Assembly (NCBI GenBank): GCA_964016885.1
Contig: OZ024743.1
Location: 161,014,001-161,078,000, forward strand
Source of the DNA: Eledone cirrhosa
Lineage: Eukaryota
Direction: 5' to 3'
DNA length: 64,000 nucleotides
Made by a program: the position numbers and the translations under genes. Shown piece by piece: positions 52,744 to 64,000 of this stretch. Under the pieces are notes generated by a model. The model did not search any database. It saw nothing but the letters and a program-made list of their open reading frames with translations, and was not told where the DNA came from. Within the stretch, counting starts at the first letter, position 1, and each line of letters opens with the position of its first letter.

Positions 52744-55072
52744 CTTAAAACTAAAACTGAATACTAACCAATACTTATTACTAATTTTTACTTATTCCTA
52801 ATTAAACTATTTCTCACTGGGAACAATTTGTCAGCATTTCCTTTTCCTTTTACCTATATATCACAACCAGTGTGCTACACCTCTATTCTTTTAAATATCA
52901 TATCCTCACACGAGATGCAGAAAATGCCAACAAAAACAGATAAACTCTTATCAACACAAATGAAGAGATTCTACAAGAACTCGAGAAAATTAACACCAAC
53001 CTTTCTGTGCTGGTCGACAAACTTGACTCCACAAATGAGGAAACCATCACCGGATACAAACCCTTCGAAATCGGCGATAAACTTCAAAACCTTTGCGATA
53101 CTATCCAAACTATGTTCACTACTACCAAACCAGGAAAAACCAACGAAGAACCATGTGAGATTGATTCATACAAAATGAAAATTCGAACAATTCCAAAATG
53201 GAACAGATCCCTCAGAGACAGAAAGTTCTCATTCTGGAAGATGATACAAAATCACAACAAAGCGGAGATATATGAAAAATGGCTTAACTCAACCCCTCTA
53301 ACTCTCCCCCGTAAAATACAAATAAAGTCCATTCCAAATGAACCCGAACCTCAAAGACACCTTAGGGAAAGAATGGCATTGGAAAAAATGGAGTCAGAAA
53401 TTGAACTTCTTAAATTGAGGGCCCAGACAAATGAGGAAAAAATCAAAACCATCGATGAAGAGATCCTCCTGGAAATCAAGAATAAGACTGAAGGCCCCAA
53501 GGTAGAGAAGATCTCTAAATTATGGAAAGGGGACTGCAACAGAGAAGAACTGAAATCCCTTCAACGCTGGGAAAAAAGTGTCGCTTGGTTCCTAAATTAT
53601 AAATCGACTTTTCAAACGGATTACACCTCCAATAACCCGTTCATAAAAATGGGAAAACCCATAACCGAACCGCACAACAATTCGCAAACCACCCAGCCAC
53701 TAACAATAGAAGAAGGAAACACCACACCGAAGATGAACTTCCCAACCTCGCTTCCATAAGAAGGAACAAAAATACTAGAAATCATCACCCCCAGAATGAC
53801 ATTTACAACTTTTCCCCTTCAAGGAGACACCATACCAAATCAATCAACTACTACGCGGATGCCTCATCGTCAAACATAGGGAAAAGATACCACCACCATG
53901 ATAGATGTAACAACTTCCCCACTTCAAGGGGACAGCAAGGTAATTTCCATTTTCTCAACTCTCGCTTCCACAATACACAACAAACCCACACCACACGATA
54001 CAATCAACAACGTAGGCCACCTATAACACCACAATCCAACATGGCACATAGAAACACACATCCATACTCACAATACAGGAACACCCCATTCAATCTACAA
54101 CCACGAACCCGAACCACATTTTACAACAACAAGGAATATAACAAACACAGGAGACTACTTAACATCAGCAGACAACCTCTCTACCCCAACCATTTTTTAG
54201 ACACAGCACACAGATGCAGGCAAACAAAATAACACAAGACAGGGAGGAGAAACCGAGAGTAATAAAAATGATCAATCTAACTAGTGCAGAACCAACACCC
54301 AACCTTATCAACTTACTCGCCAAAGGGCTTAAATTCACACCGACCTCACTACGTCCTAACTCCTATGAAATGAAGGAAGACATCACAGATTTCTGTAGAA
54401 AGTTACGACTCAGTGAAGAACTATTCGACCAGTACAATGAGGATGAATCATAAGCCAGAAATAGAAGCAACTACACCCCATCAAAAGGTAGAAATAAAAT
54501 CCTGGACGAATTCTGTGAACACATCACAAACTTCCCTTACCAACACTTGCAGAGACAAAACACAAGCCAAACCTCAACAAGAAAGAATGGGAAGAATTAA
54601 ATAGATTAAAAACCGACAGAACTATTACAATTAAAGAGGCTTATAAAGGGAGTACAGTAGTCCTAATGGAGACAGAATTCTATATCAACTTAGCGCTCTC
54701 CACTTTGGAAAACGAAACATACTACGAAAAGGCTGAACACTACAATCAACAGAAAATTATGAGAAACCTAAAACTCTGATCAACCAATACAAAGAAGGAG
54801 TCACTAACAAGGAATTCAGCTTCATCACAGACTTCACAAGTAAATCCAGCCTTTTCTACGGTATCCCTAAAGTACATAAAAGCGAATTAATAAGCAAGGC
54901 TTGCAAGGAAGCCACAGACATAGTCATCAATTTCCCCTCACCCAATGATCTCAAATTAAGACCTATAATAGCAGGCCCCGCTTGCGAAACCCACCGCCTC
55001 ACCAACTTCATTGATACCCTTCTCAAGCCTTTTCTCAAACACATCAAAAGCTATATAAGGGACGACCTAGAT

Positions 55073-56125
55073 ATGCTCAATCACATCCCTAATATGCCCC
55101 TTTTTGAACAAACCCTACTAGTGACGTTCGATGTAGTCAACCTATACTCCAACATCCCCCAAAACCTAGGAATAGAAGCTATCGAATTCTGGCTGGATAA
55201 TTACCACAATGAACTCCCACAATGCATCAAAAAAGAATTCGTGATAGAAGGACTCAAATTGATCTTGGAGAACAATTACTTCGTTTTCAATAACAAATCC
55301 TACAGGCAGAAATCTGGGACGGCTATGGGAACGAAAACAGCCCCCACGTATGCCAACCTAGTCATGGAATACCTGGAAATCACCCTCTACACTAAAGTAC
55401 TAAACAAATTTGGAAACACTCTCCACTTACACATAAAAAATAACAGGAAGCGATATCTAGATGACTGCTTCATCCTTTGGCACGAAAACATCGAGAAACT
55501 TAAAGAATTTCACACCCTTATAAATGGGCTCAACACGAATATTATCTTTACGATGGAATACAGCCATCAACAACTCCCCTTCCTCGACATCCTCATTAAG
55601 ATTCATAACAAAAAAATAGAAACAGACATATACTACAAGCCCACAAACTCCAAGCAATATCTTCTTTTCAACTCTTGCCACCCTAGACACGTTAAAATTA
55701 ATATTCCCTACAACTTAGCCAAGAGAATCTGTACTATAGTCTCCAATAAATACACCTGTTACTTACGGCTACAAGAACTAAAGGACACACTCATAGGCAG
55801 GGACTACCCTGCATCACTAATTGACAATGGAATCCAACGTTCCCTAAAACTTAGTACCCAGGACCTTAAACACCCTAAAGTAAATCAACCGAAACTAAAA
55901 GCTCTTCCATACATCTCCACACACAACCCCCTCAACAATGAGGCCTTTGACACCATCCTCCAGAACATCCCTGTGTTAAAAAAGGACCATAGAATGAACC
56001 AAATCCTTCGAACACACGATATCATCAGGAGCAAAAGACAATCTAAGTCAATGAAAAACATCCTAACACATGCCAAAGTACTGCCAAACACAACAACGAA
56101 ACCTACAGTAAAAAAAATGCGATAG
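55073..56125 (+). pseudogene. Penelope-type RT core fragment
   Basis: FDVVNLYSNI, GTAMG, YLDD, TDIYYKPT, SCHP; frameshifted on both sides. Confidence 0.85.
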
Positions 56126-56948
56126 ACCCAACTGTGGCATATGCATCAACCTAGTAGAGGGTTCGGAATTCTATTTCAAAGAAGGACAACGTTTTATAGT
56201 AAAACACAATTTCACATGCGCATCAGAAAATCTAATATATGTATTAACTTTCTCAGGTTGTCGAGAACAATACATAGGCCAGACCAAAAACAGCCTTCGC
56301 CAACGCATGACTGTTCATAGATCCCAAATTAAAATACGGGAATACAGGAAAATACCACTGAGTGAACACATTGATACCTGTGCCGCCCAAAATCATCCCA
56401 ACTTTAGAATCTTTCCCATTCTACAAATTTAAAGATAATGCCACCCACACCCAGCGCATCAGCAAGGAATCTCACTTTATTAACAAATACGGACCCCGTC
56501 TAAACACTTTTCCCTAAGACGAACTCACAACATACACACGTCAACATACATACCTACATCAGCATACATCCTACATACATCTCTATCCACATATAAACAC
56601 AATGACATACGTAAACACACATGTTCTATGGTGCAACACAAATATACACAAATTTGCATACCTTTTGATGTCTATAGACACACACTCATACATATACGCA
56701 CACATGCATTGCATACTGATGGGCACATACATATTTGTACACAAGTATTCCAATACGGCAGGGCCTACTGGATTCCCCTTGCAGTACGTACAATCCGGAC
56801 ACTCACACACACCTTGGTGTTATGACAATACTATATATCATTTCACACCTTTTATTATTAATGTTTTTGGTGTTCTCTTGAGAGAATCGTTTTTGATGAA
56901 AATATCGAATAATGTACACCATTTTTACCAGTATCACAAAATACTGGT

Positions 56949-56995
<47 letters not shown>

Positions 56996-57178
56996 CACAC
57001 ACACATATACACACACACATACACACGCGTACACTAACATACAAAGAGACATATACACACACACACACTTCTCCGTATAAGACAAGAGCTGAAAAATATA
57101 TTTCAACATGTTAAAATATCCCCCACACACGTACAGACACATTCCTACTGACCGAACCCTCTACCACGAATTACTCTG

Positions 57179-57254
<76 letters not shown>

Positions 57255-57826
57255 ATTTGTCTTAATAGGCACCTGAACTGTTGACCTTTCAACATGACTG
57301 CAATTCACACACACATCCCTACTGACCATTATCACAACAATGAACCTCTTTACTACCCACACACATATTTGTCTTGAAAGACTTATTTTTCAGCGACTTC
57401 TCAATCAGGCGAAAAGGGAAACTCTTCGACAAACCTACATTTGGCGCAAAATCAATTTTTAACATTCACGTGACCTCTACCGACCAATCAAAATTGTTTT
57501 GACCACAAGAATTTTTGCAACACAAATTGGCGCGAAACTTATTTTAATACCCCTGGAGACACTTTTTTCACATAAAGCAGGTAGAATTTCCAAAACTGAT
57601 CAGATTAGAGCAAACATCACGGGCGCTCTATCTCAAAATTATTTTTGAAAAGCATTTGAAATGCGCAACCGGTAAAAACTTAAAACTAAAACTGAATACT
57701 AACCAATACTTATTACTAATTTTTACTTATTCCTAATTAAACTATTTCTCACTGGGAACAATTTGTCAGCATTTTCTTTTCCTTTTACCAATATATCACA
57801 ACTCGTGTGTTACACCTCTATTCTTT

Positions 57827-57864
<38 letters not shown>

Positions 57865-57867
<3 letters not shown>

Positions 57868-58805
57868 TTATTAATTTTAAATAAGTGTTTAGATAAGGAC
57901 GTGGTCTATAAATGTTCAGTTAAAACCAGTGATAATATATTTAACTATATAGGTGAAACTTCTACAGAATTTAAAACTCGCTGGAATAATCACAAATGCT
58001 CTTTCCGAAGATTTGATAAAAAATCTTCAACTTCTCTTTCCAATCTGATATGGAACTTAAAATGCAAGAATATGGACTATTCATTAACTTGGGATATAGT
58101 TTCATAAGCGCCCGCCTACTGAAACACAGATTTATCTAGATTCTGCAAATTGTGTGTTGAGGAAATTTTGTTCATACTTAAATGTAAGAACTCTATTATT
58201 CTAAGAACGAATTTATTTAATTCTTGTAGACATCGCCTGAATTCAACATTCAGAACTATATATAAATTATAATTATACTTATAATATTTCTACTTATTTC
58301 CATAACAATCTTATCCACTTGGTTTTAATATATTGATATCTCTAAATCATAATATCTATAACATTTGCTATAATTCCACTTCTTAAAGTTTCATAAAATA
58401 TATACATATATAATTCTAATTTTTTTTTAATTTTTATTTTAATTCTAATTTTAATCTTAATAATTTTTAATTCTTTATTTTTATTTCTTTAATTTTTCAT
58501 TTCTTTTAAAAAGATTTTTTCAAATTTTTAATATTTTTTCAATATTTTTTATTAGATTTATAACCACTAACTGATTCTGGCTAAATATATCTTTCAACAC
58601 TTATACTTATTTTGACTAAATAGTCTCATACTAACGAATAAATTAATTAAACTGGAGTTTTTCCGTATATTCCCATTTTAAAATATATAAATATTCTTAT
58701 TAACTCAGTTAATTTAATTTAATTTAACTTAATATTTACTTACATTAAATACAAAACCAATTTCCCTCATAACGCATTAAACGATAACATGATATACCCA
58801 TCTAT

Positions 58806-58836
<31 letters not shown>

Positions 58837-59395
58837 TCTAGTTATAACAGAAAATATATTATAACCGAATTTTAAACAACTAATAATCCTAAATGCACGT
58901 ACTATTAAGATATATACTTAGAATATATTTCCCCCAAAGTAACGTTATATGAGTTTTACTCTCTTGTTTATTTCTTCTCTCTCTCTTTCTAGTACTATTT
59001 TATATATTTCTCCCCTTCTCTCTTTCTCTTTCTCCAGTGTCGTTTAAATAAACGGTTGTTTTTCAATTATTTACATATTCATTTGCATATTCACACATAA
59101 GTTTGAATAATCCCTAATATATTTCCACTAGCCAGTGAATTTCCAGCCGATAAGGTATGATTTTCATGGGTATGTCTCTATTTATAAAACAAAGTTTGTA
59201 TTTTATCTGATGAAAGCGTACCAATGTTGTCTTGGTACCCTAGAAATATATATAATGAAATAAATATGGTTTTATAAATATAGTTTCCATTTATTTAATA
59301 TCATTGAATATTTACTCCAGTACCTGTTGAGTGCTCTAAATCAGTTATAAACATTTATATTTGTCGGATTTCCAACAAATTAAATACCCCTTCTA

Positions 59396-59397
<2 letters not shown>
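57865..59397 (+). mobile_element. Naiad-type Penelope-like 3' fragment (GIY-YIG + 3'UTR) between (TA)n tracts
   Basis: KCLDKDVVYKC..YIGETSTEFKTRWNNHKCSF..STSLSNLIWNLK..YSLTW..CKLC.EE..CRH; (TA)n at 57831-57863 and 59398-59485. Confidence 0.8.
59199..59262 (+). ncRNA. Minimal type I hammerhead ribozyme
   Basis: TATTTTAT-CTGATGA-aAGcGTACCAA tgttgtc TTGGTACcCTa-GAAA-TATATA-TA^-ATGAAATA. 8-bp stem I and palindromic stem III (dimer type). Confidence 0.8.
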
Positions 59398-59489
<92 letters not shown>

Positions 59490-59814
59490 CATACACATAC
59501 ATACACATACATACACACACATATGCATGTGTGAGTATGCAAAGATAGAAACATAAGCGCATTTCGGGTTATATGTATCCAACTGTCCAGACAGGTGAAA
59601 TGTAAACAAAAATAAAAAAAATAGTAGTGTTTAAATACAAACACACACTCGCACACACGCGTAATTTGTACATAAACACAATGCTGAACAAAAATACATA
59701 TAATTACTTAAGAGAATGTAACTAGAAATATATATATTTATATACACACATACAAACACACACATATATACATATATATGTACATATACATACATATGTA
59801 CATACACACATATA

Positions 59815-60630
59815 TATGTCTCTAACTCGGGCGGGTAAAATTCCCGAGATCCATGAACGAGTTCTCTCCAGCGGTCTCTGTCCCATATTATCGCTACCAT
59901 GTACAGCCTCTCCAACAGACCAGTGTCTGTCTTTAGGTCATCAACATACGTTAACCTTGGTCTTCCTCTTCCAGCGTGTCCATGTATGAGATCCCACAGG
60001 AGCACTGAGTGCAATGTCAACTCTGGATCTCGGTGAGCATGTCCAGCTAACCTCAGTCTCCTCTGTGTCACTTTTGAGCTGACTTTTGGGAGGCTCCCAT
60101 ACAGCTCGGAGTTTTTCATCCTCAGTGTATTAATGTTCAGAGCCATCCTCAGCATTCTCGTGTAGCACCCATCCACCATCTGAGTGAGTTTCTTGGTCAG
60201 TGTCCAAGTCTCAGACCCGTACAGCAGCACAGACTCCACTACAGCAATGAAGAGGCGGATTTTCAGGTCTCTACGAAGGTCCGAGTTTCACACATATCTC
60301 AAGCTGTGGCACGCCGCCCAGGCTTTGCTCTTCCTCTCAACCACAACATCTTCCGTATTCCCAATCTTTGCTCCCAAATACAGGAAGTTCTCAACCAATT
60401 CTAGCGGCTTCCCGCCTACATTAGTGATCCCCTCTGACTTCTCAACATTCTCTACCAGATATTTTGTTTTAGTCTCATTCATTCTCAGCCCCACACTCAT
60501 CGACACAGTCTCAACCTCCTGCATCAAATCCTCTGCCTCCTCCACTGTATTTGTTACCAAAACTATGTCGTCGGCAAATTAAGCATCCGATATCTTTTTC
60601 GCTTTAACTCTCCTGCTCTGAGCCACGTAC
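59815..60630 (-). mobile_element. RTE/RTEX-like LINE 3' fragment
   Basis: FADD, VGLRMNETKTK, FLYLG, ESVLLYGSETWTL, RRLRLAGH, GRGRPR. Confidence 0.8.
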
Positions 60631-60935
60631 ATTGACAAACACACATATGTATATATACACGCACATACACACGCATATATATATATATACAAACATACAC
60701 ACACATATATATATACACGTACATAGACATACATACAAACATACACACACATATGTATGTATATATATATATATATATTGGAATAAATGCTCTGAAATAG
60801 CGATATATATGTGAATATAGACATAGAATATTCGAAAATATTCTGTATGTTTATAATAAACATTTTGAAGACCTAATCGCTATAGAATAGAATACGTCAC
60901 GTATTACAATTAGATTCTCGATAAAAGCAAGGGAA

Positions 60936-60978
60936 GTAATCTACGCGTTTCATTCTTGTTAGAAATCATCAGGACCAC
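60936..60978 (-). ncRNA. Minimal type I hammerhead, left arm (repeats at 61246, 61556, 61866, 62176, 62486, 62796)
   Basis: Reverse complement of GTAATCTACGCGTTTCATTCTTGTTAGAAATCATCAGGACCAC. Confidence 0.85.
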
Positions 60979-63070
60979 ATATCCAGTGCTTTTATCGAGA
61001 ATGACACAGCTAGAGACTTATAGAATACTTAGCTGTGTACAGGAACTGGTTTGAAAGAGCGGTTGCCGGTCCGGCAGAAATTAGAAATTGGAATAAATGC
61101 TCTGAAATAGCGATATATATGTGAATATAGACATAGAATATTCGAAAATATTCTGTATGTTTATAATAAACATTTTGAAGACCTAATCGCTATAGAATAG
61201 AATACGTCACGTATTACAATTAGATTCTCGATAAAAGCAAGGGAAGTAATCTACGCGTTTCATTCTTGTTAGAAATCATCAGGACCACATATCCAGTGCT
61301 TTTATCGAGAATGACACAGCTAGAGACTTATAGAATACTTAGCTGTGTACAGGAACTGGTTTGAAAGAGCGGTTGCCGGTCCGGCAGAAATTAGAAATTG
61401 GAATAAATGTTCTGAAATAGCGATATATATGTGAATATAGACATAGAATATTCGAAAATATTCTGTATGTTTATAATAAACATTTTGAAGACCTAATCGC
61501 TATAGAATAGAATACGTCACGTATTACAATTAGATTCTCGATAAAAGCAAGGGAAGTAATCTACGCGTTTCATTCTTGTTAGAAATCATCAGGACCACAT
61601 ATCCAGTGCTTTTATCGAGAATGACACAGCTAGAGACTTATAGAATACTTAACTGTGTACAGGAACTGGTTTGAAAGAGCGGTTGCCGGTCCGGCAGAAA
61701 TTAGAAATTGGAATAAATGCTCTGAAATAGCGATATATATGTGAATATAGACATAGAATATTCGAAAATATTCTGTATGTTTATAATAAACATTTTGAAG
61801 ACCTAATCGCTATAGAATAGAATACGTCACGTATTACAATTAGATTCTCGATAAAAGCAAGGGAAGTAATCTACGCGTTTCATTCTTGTTAGAAATCATC
61901 AGGACCACATATCCAGTGCTTTTATCGAGAATGACACAGCTAGAGACTTATAGAATACTTAGCTGTGTACAGGAACTGGTTTGAAAGAGCGGTTGCCGGT
62001 CCGGCAGAAATTAGAAATTGGAATAAATGCTCTGAAATAGCGATATATATGTGAATATAGACATAGAATATTCGAAAATATTCTGTATGTTTATAATAAA
62101 CATTTTGAAGACCTAATCGCTATAGAATAGAATACGTCACGTATTACAATTAGATTCTCGATAAAAGCAAGGGAAGTAATCTACGCGTTTCATTCTTGTT
62201 AGAAATCATCAGGACCACATATCCAGTGCTTTTATCGAGAATGACACAGCTAGAGACTTATAGAATACTTAGCTGTGTACAGGAACTGGTTTGAAAGAGC
62301 GGTTGCCGGTCCGGCAGAAATTAGAAATTGGAATAAATGCTCTGAAATAGCGATATATATGTGAATATAGACATAGAATATTCGAAAATATTCTGTATGT
62401 TTATAATAAACATTTTGAAGACCTAATCGCTATAGAATAGAATACGTCACGTATTACAATTAGATTCTCGATAAAAGCAAGGGAAGTAATCTACGCGTTT
62501 CATTCTTGTTAGAAATCATCAGGACCACATATCCAGTGCTTTTATCGAGAATGACACAGCTAGAGACTTATAGAATACTTAGCTGTGTACAGGAACTGGT
62601 TTGAAAGAGCGGTTGCCGGTCCGGCAGAAATTAGAAATTGGAATAAATGCTCTGAAATAGCGATATATATGTGAATATAGACATAGAATATTCGAAAATA
62701 TTCTGTATGTTTATAATAAACATTTTGAAGACCTAATCGCTATAGAATAGAATACGTCACGTATTACAATTAGATTCTCGATAAAAGCAAGGGAAGTAAT
62801 CTACGCGTTTCATTCTTGTTAGAAATCATCAGGACCACATATCCAGTGCTTTTATCGAGAATGACACAGCTAGAGACTTATAGAATACTTAGCTGTGTAC
62901 AGGAACTGGTTTGAAAGAGCGGTTGCACATATATATCGCTATTTCAGAGCATTTATTCCAATTTCTAATTTCTGCCGGACCGGCAACCGCTCTTTCAAAC
63001 CAGTTCCTGTACACAGCTAAGTATTCTATAAGTCTCTAGCTGTGTCATTCTCGATAAAAGCACTGGATAT

Positions 63071-63113
63071 GTGGTCCTGATGATTTCTAACAAGAATGAA
63101 ACGCGTAGATTAC
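63071..63113 (+). ncRNA. Minimal type I hammerhead, right arm (repeats at 63381, 63691)
   Basis: GTGGTC-CTGATGA-tTTCT aaca AGAAt-GAAA-CGCG-TA^-GATTAC. Predicted cleavage between 63107 and 63108; enclosed by the 16-bp helix ATTCTCGATAAAAGCA/TGCTTTTATCGAGAAT. Confidence 0.85.
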
Positions 63114-64000
63114 TTCCCTTGCTTTTATCGAGAATCTAATTGTAATACGTGACGTATTCTATTCTATAGCGATTAGGTCTTCAAAATGTTTATTATAAAC
63201 ATACAGAATATTTTCGAATATTCTATGTCTATATTCACATATATATCGCTATTTCAGAGCATTTATTCCAATTTCTAATTTCTGCCGGACCGGCAACCGC
63301 TCTTTCAAACCAGTTCCTGTACACAGCTAAGTATTCTATAAGTCTCTAGCTGTGTCATTCTCGATAAAAGCACTGGATATGTGGTCCTGATGATTTCTAA
63401 CAAGAATGAAACGCGTAGATTACTTCCCTTGCTTTTATCGAGAATCTAATTGTAATACGTGACGTATTCTATTCTATAGCGATTAGGTCTTCAAAATGTT
63501 TATTATAAACATACAGAATATTTTCGAATATTCTATGTCTATATTCACATATATATCGCTATTTCAGAGCATTTATTCCAATTTCTAATTTCTGCCGGAC
63601 CGGCAACCGCTCTTTCAAACCAGTTCCTGTACACAGCTAAGTATTCTATAAGTCTCTAGCTGTGTCATTCTCGATAAAAGCACTGGATATGTGGTCCTGA
63701 TGATTTCTAACAAGAATGAAACGCGTAGATTACTTCCCTTGCTTTTATCGAGAATCTAATTGTAATACGTGACGTATTCTATTCTATAGCGATTAGGTCT
63801 TCAAAATGTTTATTATAAACATACAGAATATTTTCGAATATTCTATGTCTATATTCACATATATATCGCTATTTCAGAGCATTTATTCCAATTTCTAATT
63901 TCTGCCGGACCGGCAACCGCTCTTTCAAACCAGTTCCTGTACACAGCTAAGTATTCTATAAGTCTCTAGCTGTGTCATTCTCGATAAAAGCACTGGATAT

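Larger units (their letters stand above)
52559..57834 (+). mobile_element. Near full-length Penelope-like element (Neptune-type) with direct pLTRs, decayed ORF
   Basis: Direct repeats of ~340 bp at 52559-52898 and 57494-57834. INLT..LLAKGLKFTP; RT GTAMGTKTAPTYANL, RYLDD, LPFLD; linker CxRPNCGIC; GIY-YIG NLIYV..CREQYIGQT..LRQRM. Confidence 0.9.
60777..64000. repeat. 310-bp hammerhead-containing tandem array (retrozyme-like) with an internal inversion at 62926
   Basis: Units start at 60781, 61091, 61401, 61711, 62021, 62331 and 62641. From 62926 the same unit runs in reverse complement to the window edge (about 3.5 units). Only two variant bases seen (61410, 61652). Begins at a (TA)n tract. 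Confidence 0.95.

Noticed and set aside
58100-58125. In-frame TGA as selenocysteine in the Naiad endonuclease
   Set aside because: An adjacent TAA stop shows decay, the TGA is not at a conserved Cys position, and I saw no SECIS.
52175-58260. A single Naiad element split by the Neptune insertion
   Set aside because: The thumb/linker region is missing, base composition differs, and the EN at 57.9 kb differs from the inverted EN at 52 kb, so these are treated as two families.
60781-61090. Second hammerhead on the opposite polarity (ambisense viroid-like RNA)
   Set aside because: No CUGANGA core on that strand; TTGAAGA and TTGAAAGA stretches lack convincing stems. Other ribozyme classes were not excluded.
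60777-64000. CRISPR-like array or coding repeat
   Set aside because: Units are identical with no variable spacers, the context is eukaryotic, and there is no ORF of 60 aa or more.

Overview
AT-rich eukaryotic genomic DNA, dense in microsatellites and made almost entirely of nested mobile elements. I found no host protein-coding gene. The repeat repertoire (MetaSINE-type tRNA SINE, RTE with C2H2 fingers, R4/Dong, CRE, Tx1, Penelope-like elements) looks molluscan, probably octopus or another cephalopod (inference). Main points: (1) The window ends in a near-perfect 310-bp tandem array (60777 to the window edge). Every unit carries a minimal type I hammerhead ribozyme in a highly structured non-coding monomer, and the array flips orientation at 62926. 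This is a retrozyme/circRNA-like element with a Penelope-style inverted architecture. (2) Several more hammerhead or hammerhead-variant motifs lie in Penelope-like (Naiad, Neptune) terminal repeats. (3) An unclassified ~190-bp element found in (TA)n carries a 59-bp-arm palindrome whose arms co-vary between copies (3 copies). (4) An intact 1181-aa RTE (APE-RT-3xC2H2) is nested in an older sibling, which itself carries a Dong/R4 insertion in its (TAA)n tract; there are also internally deleted RTE derivatives. All calls come from reading motifs by eye; no searches or folding programs were run, and boundaries of decayed elements are approximate.
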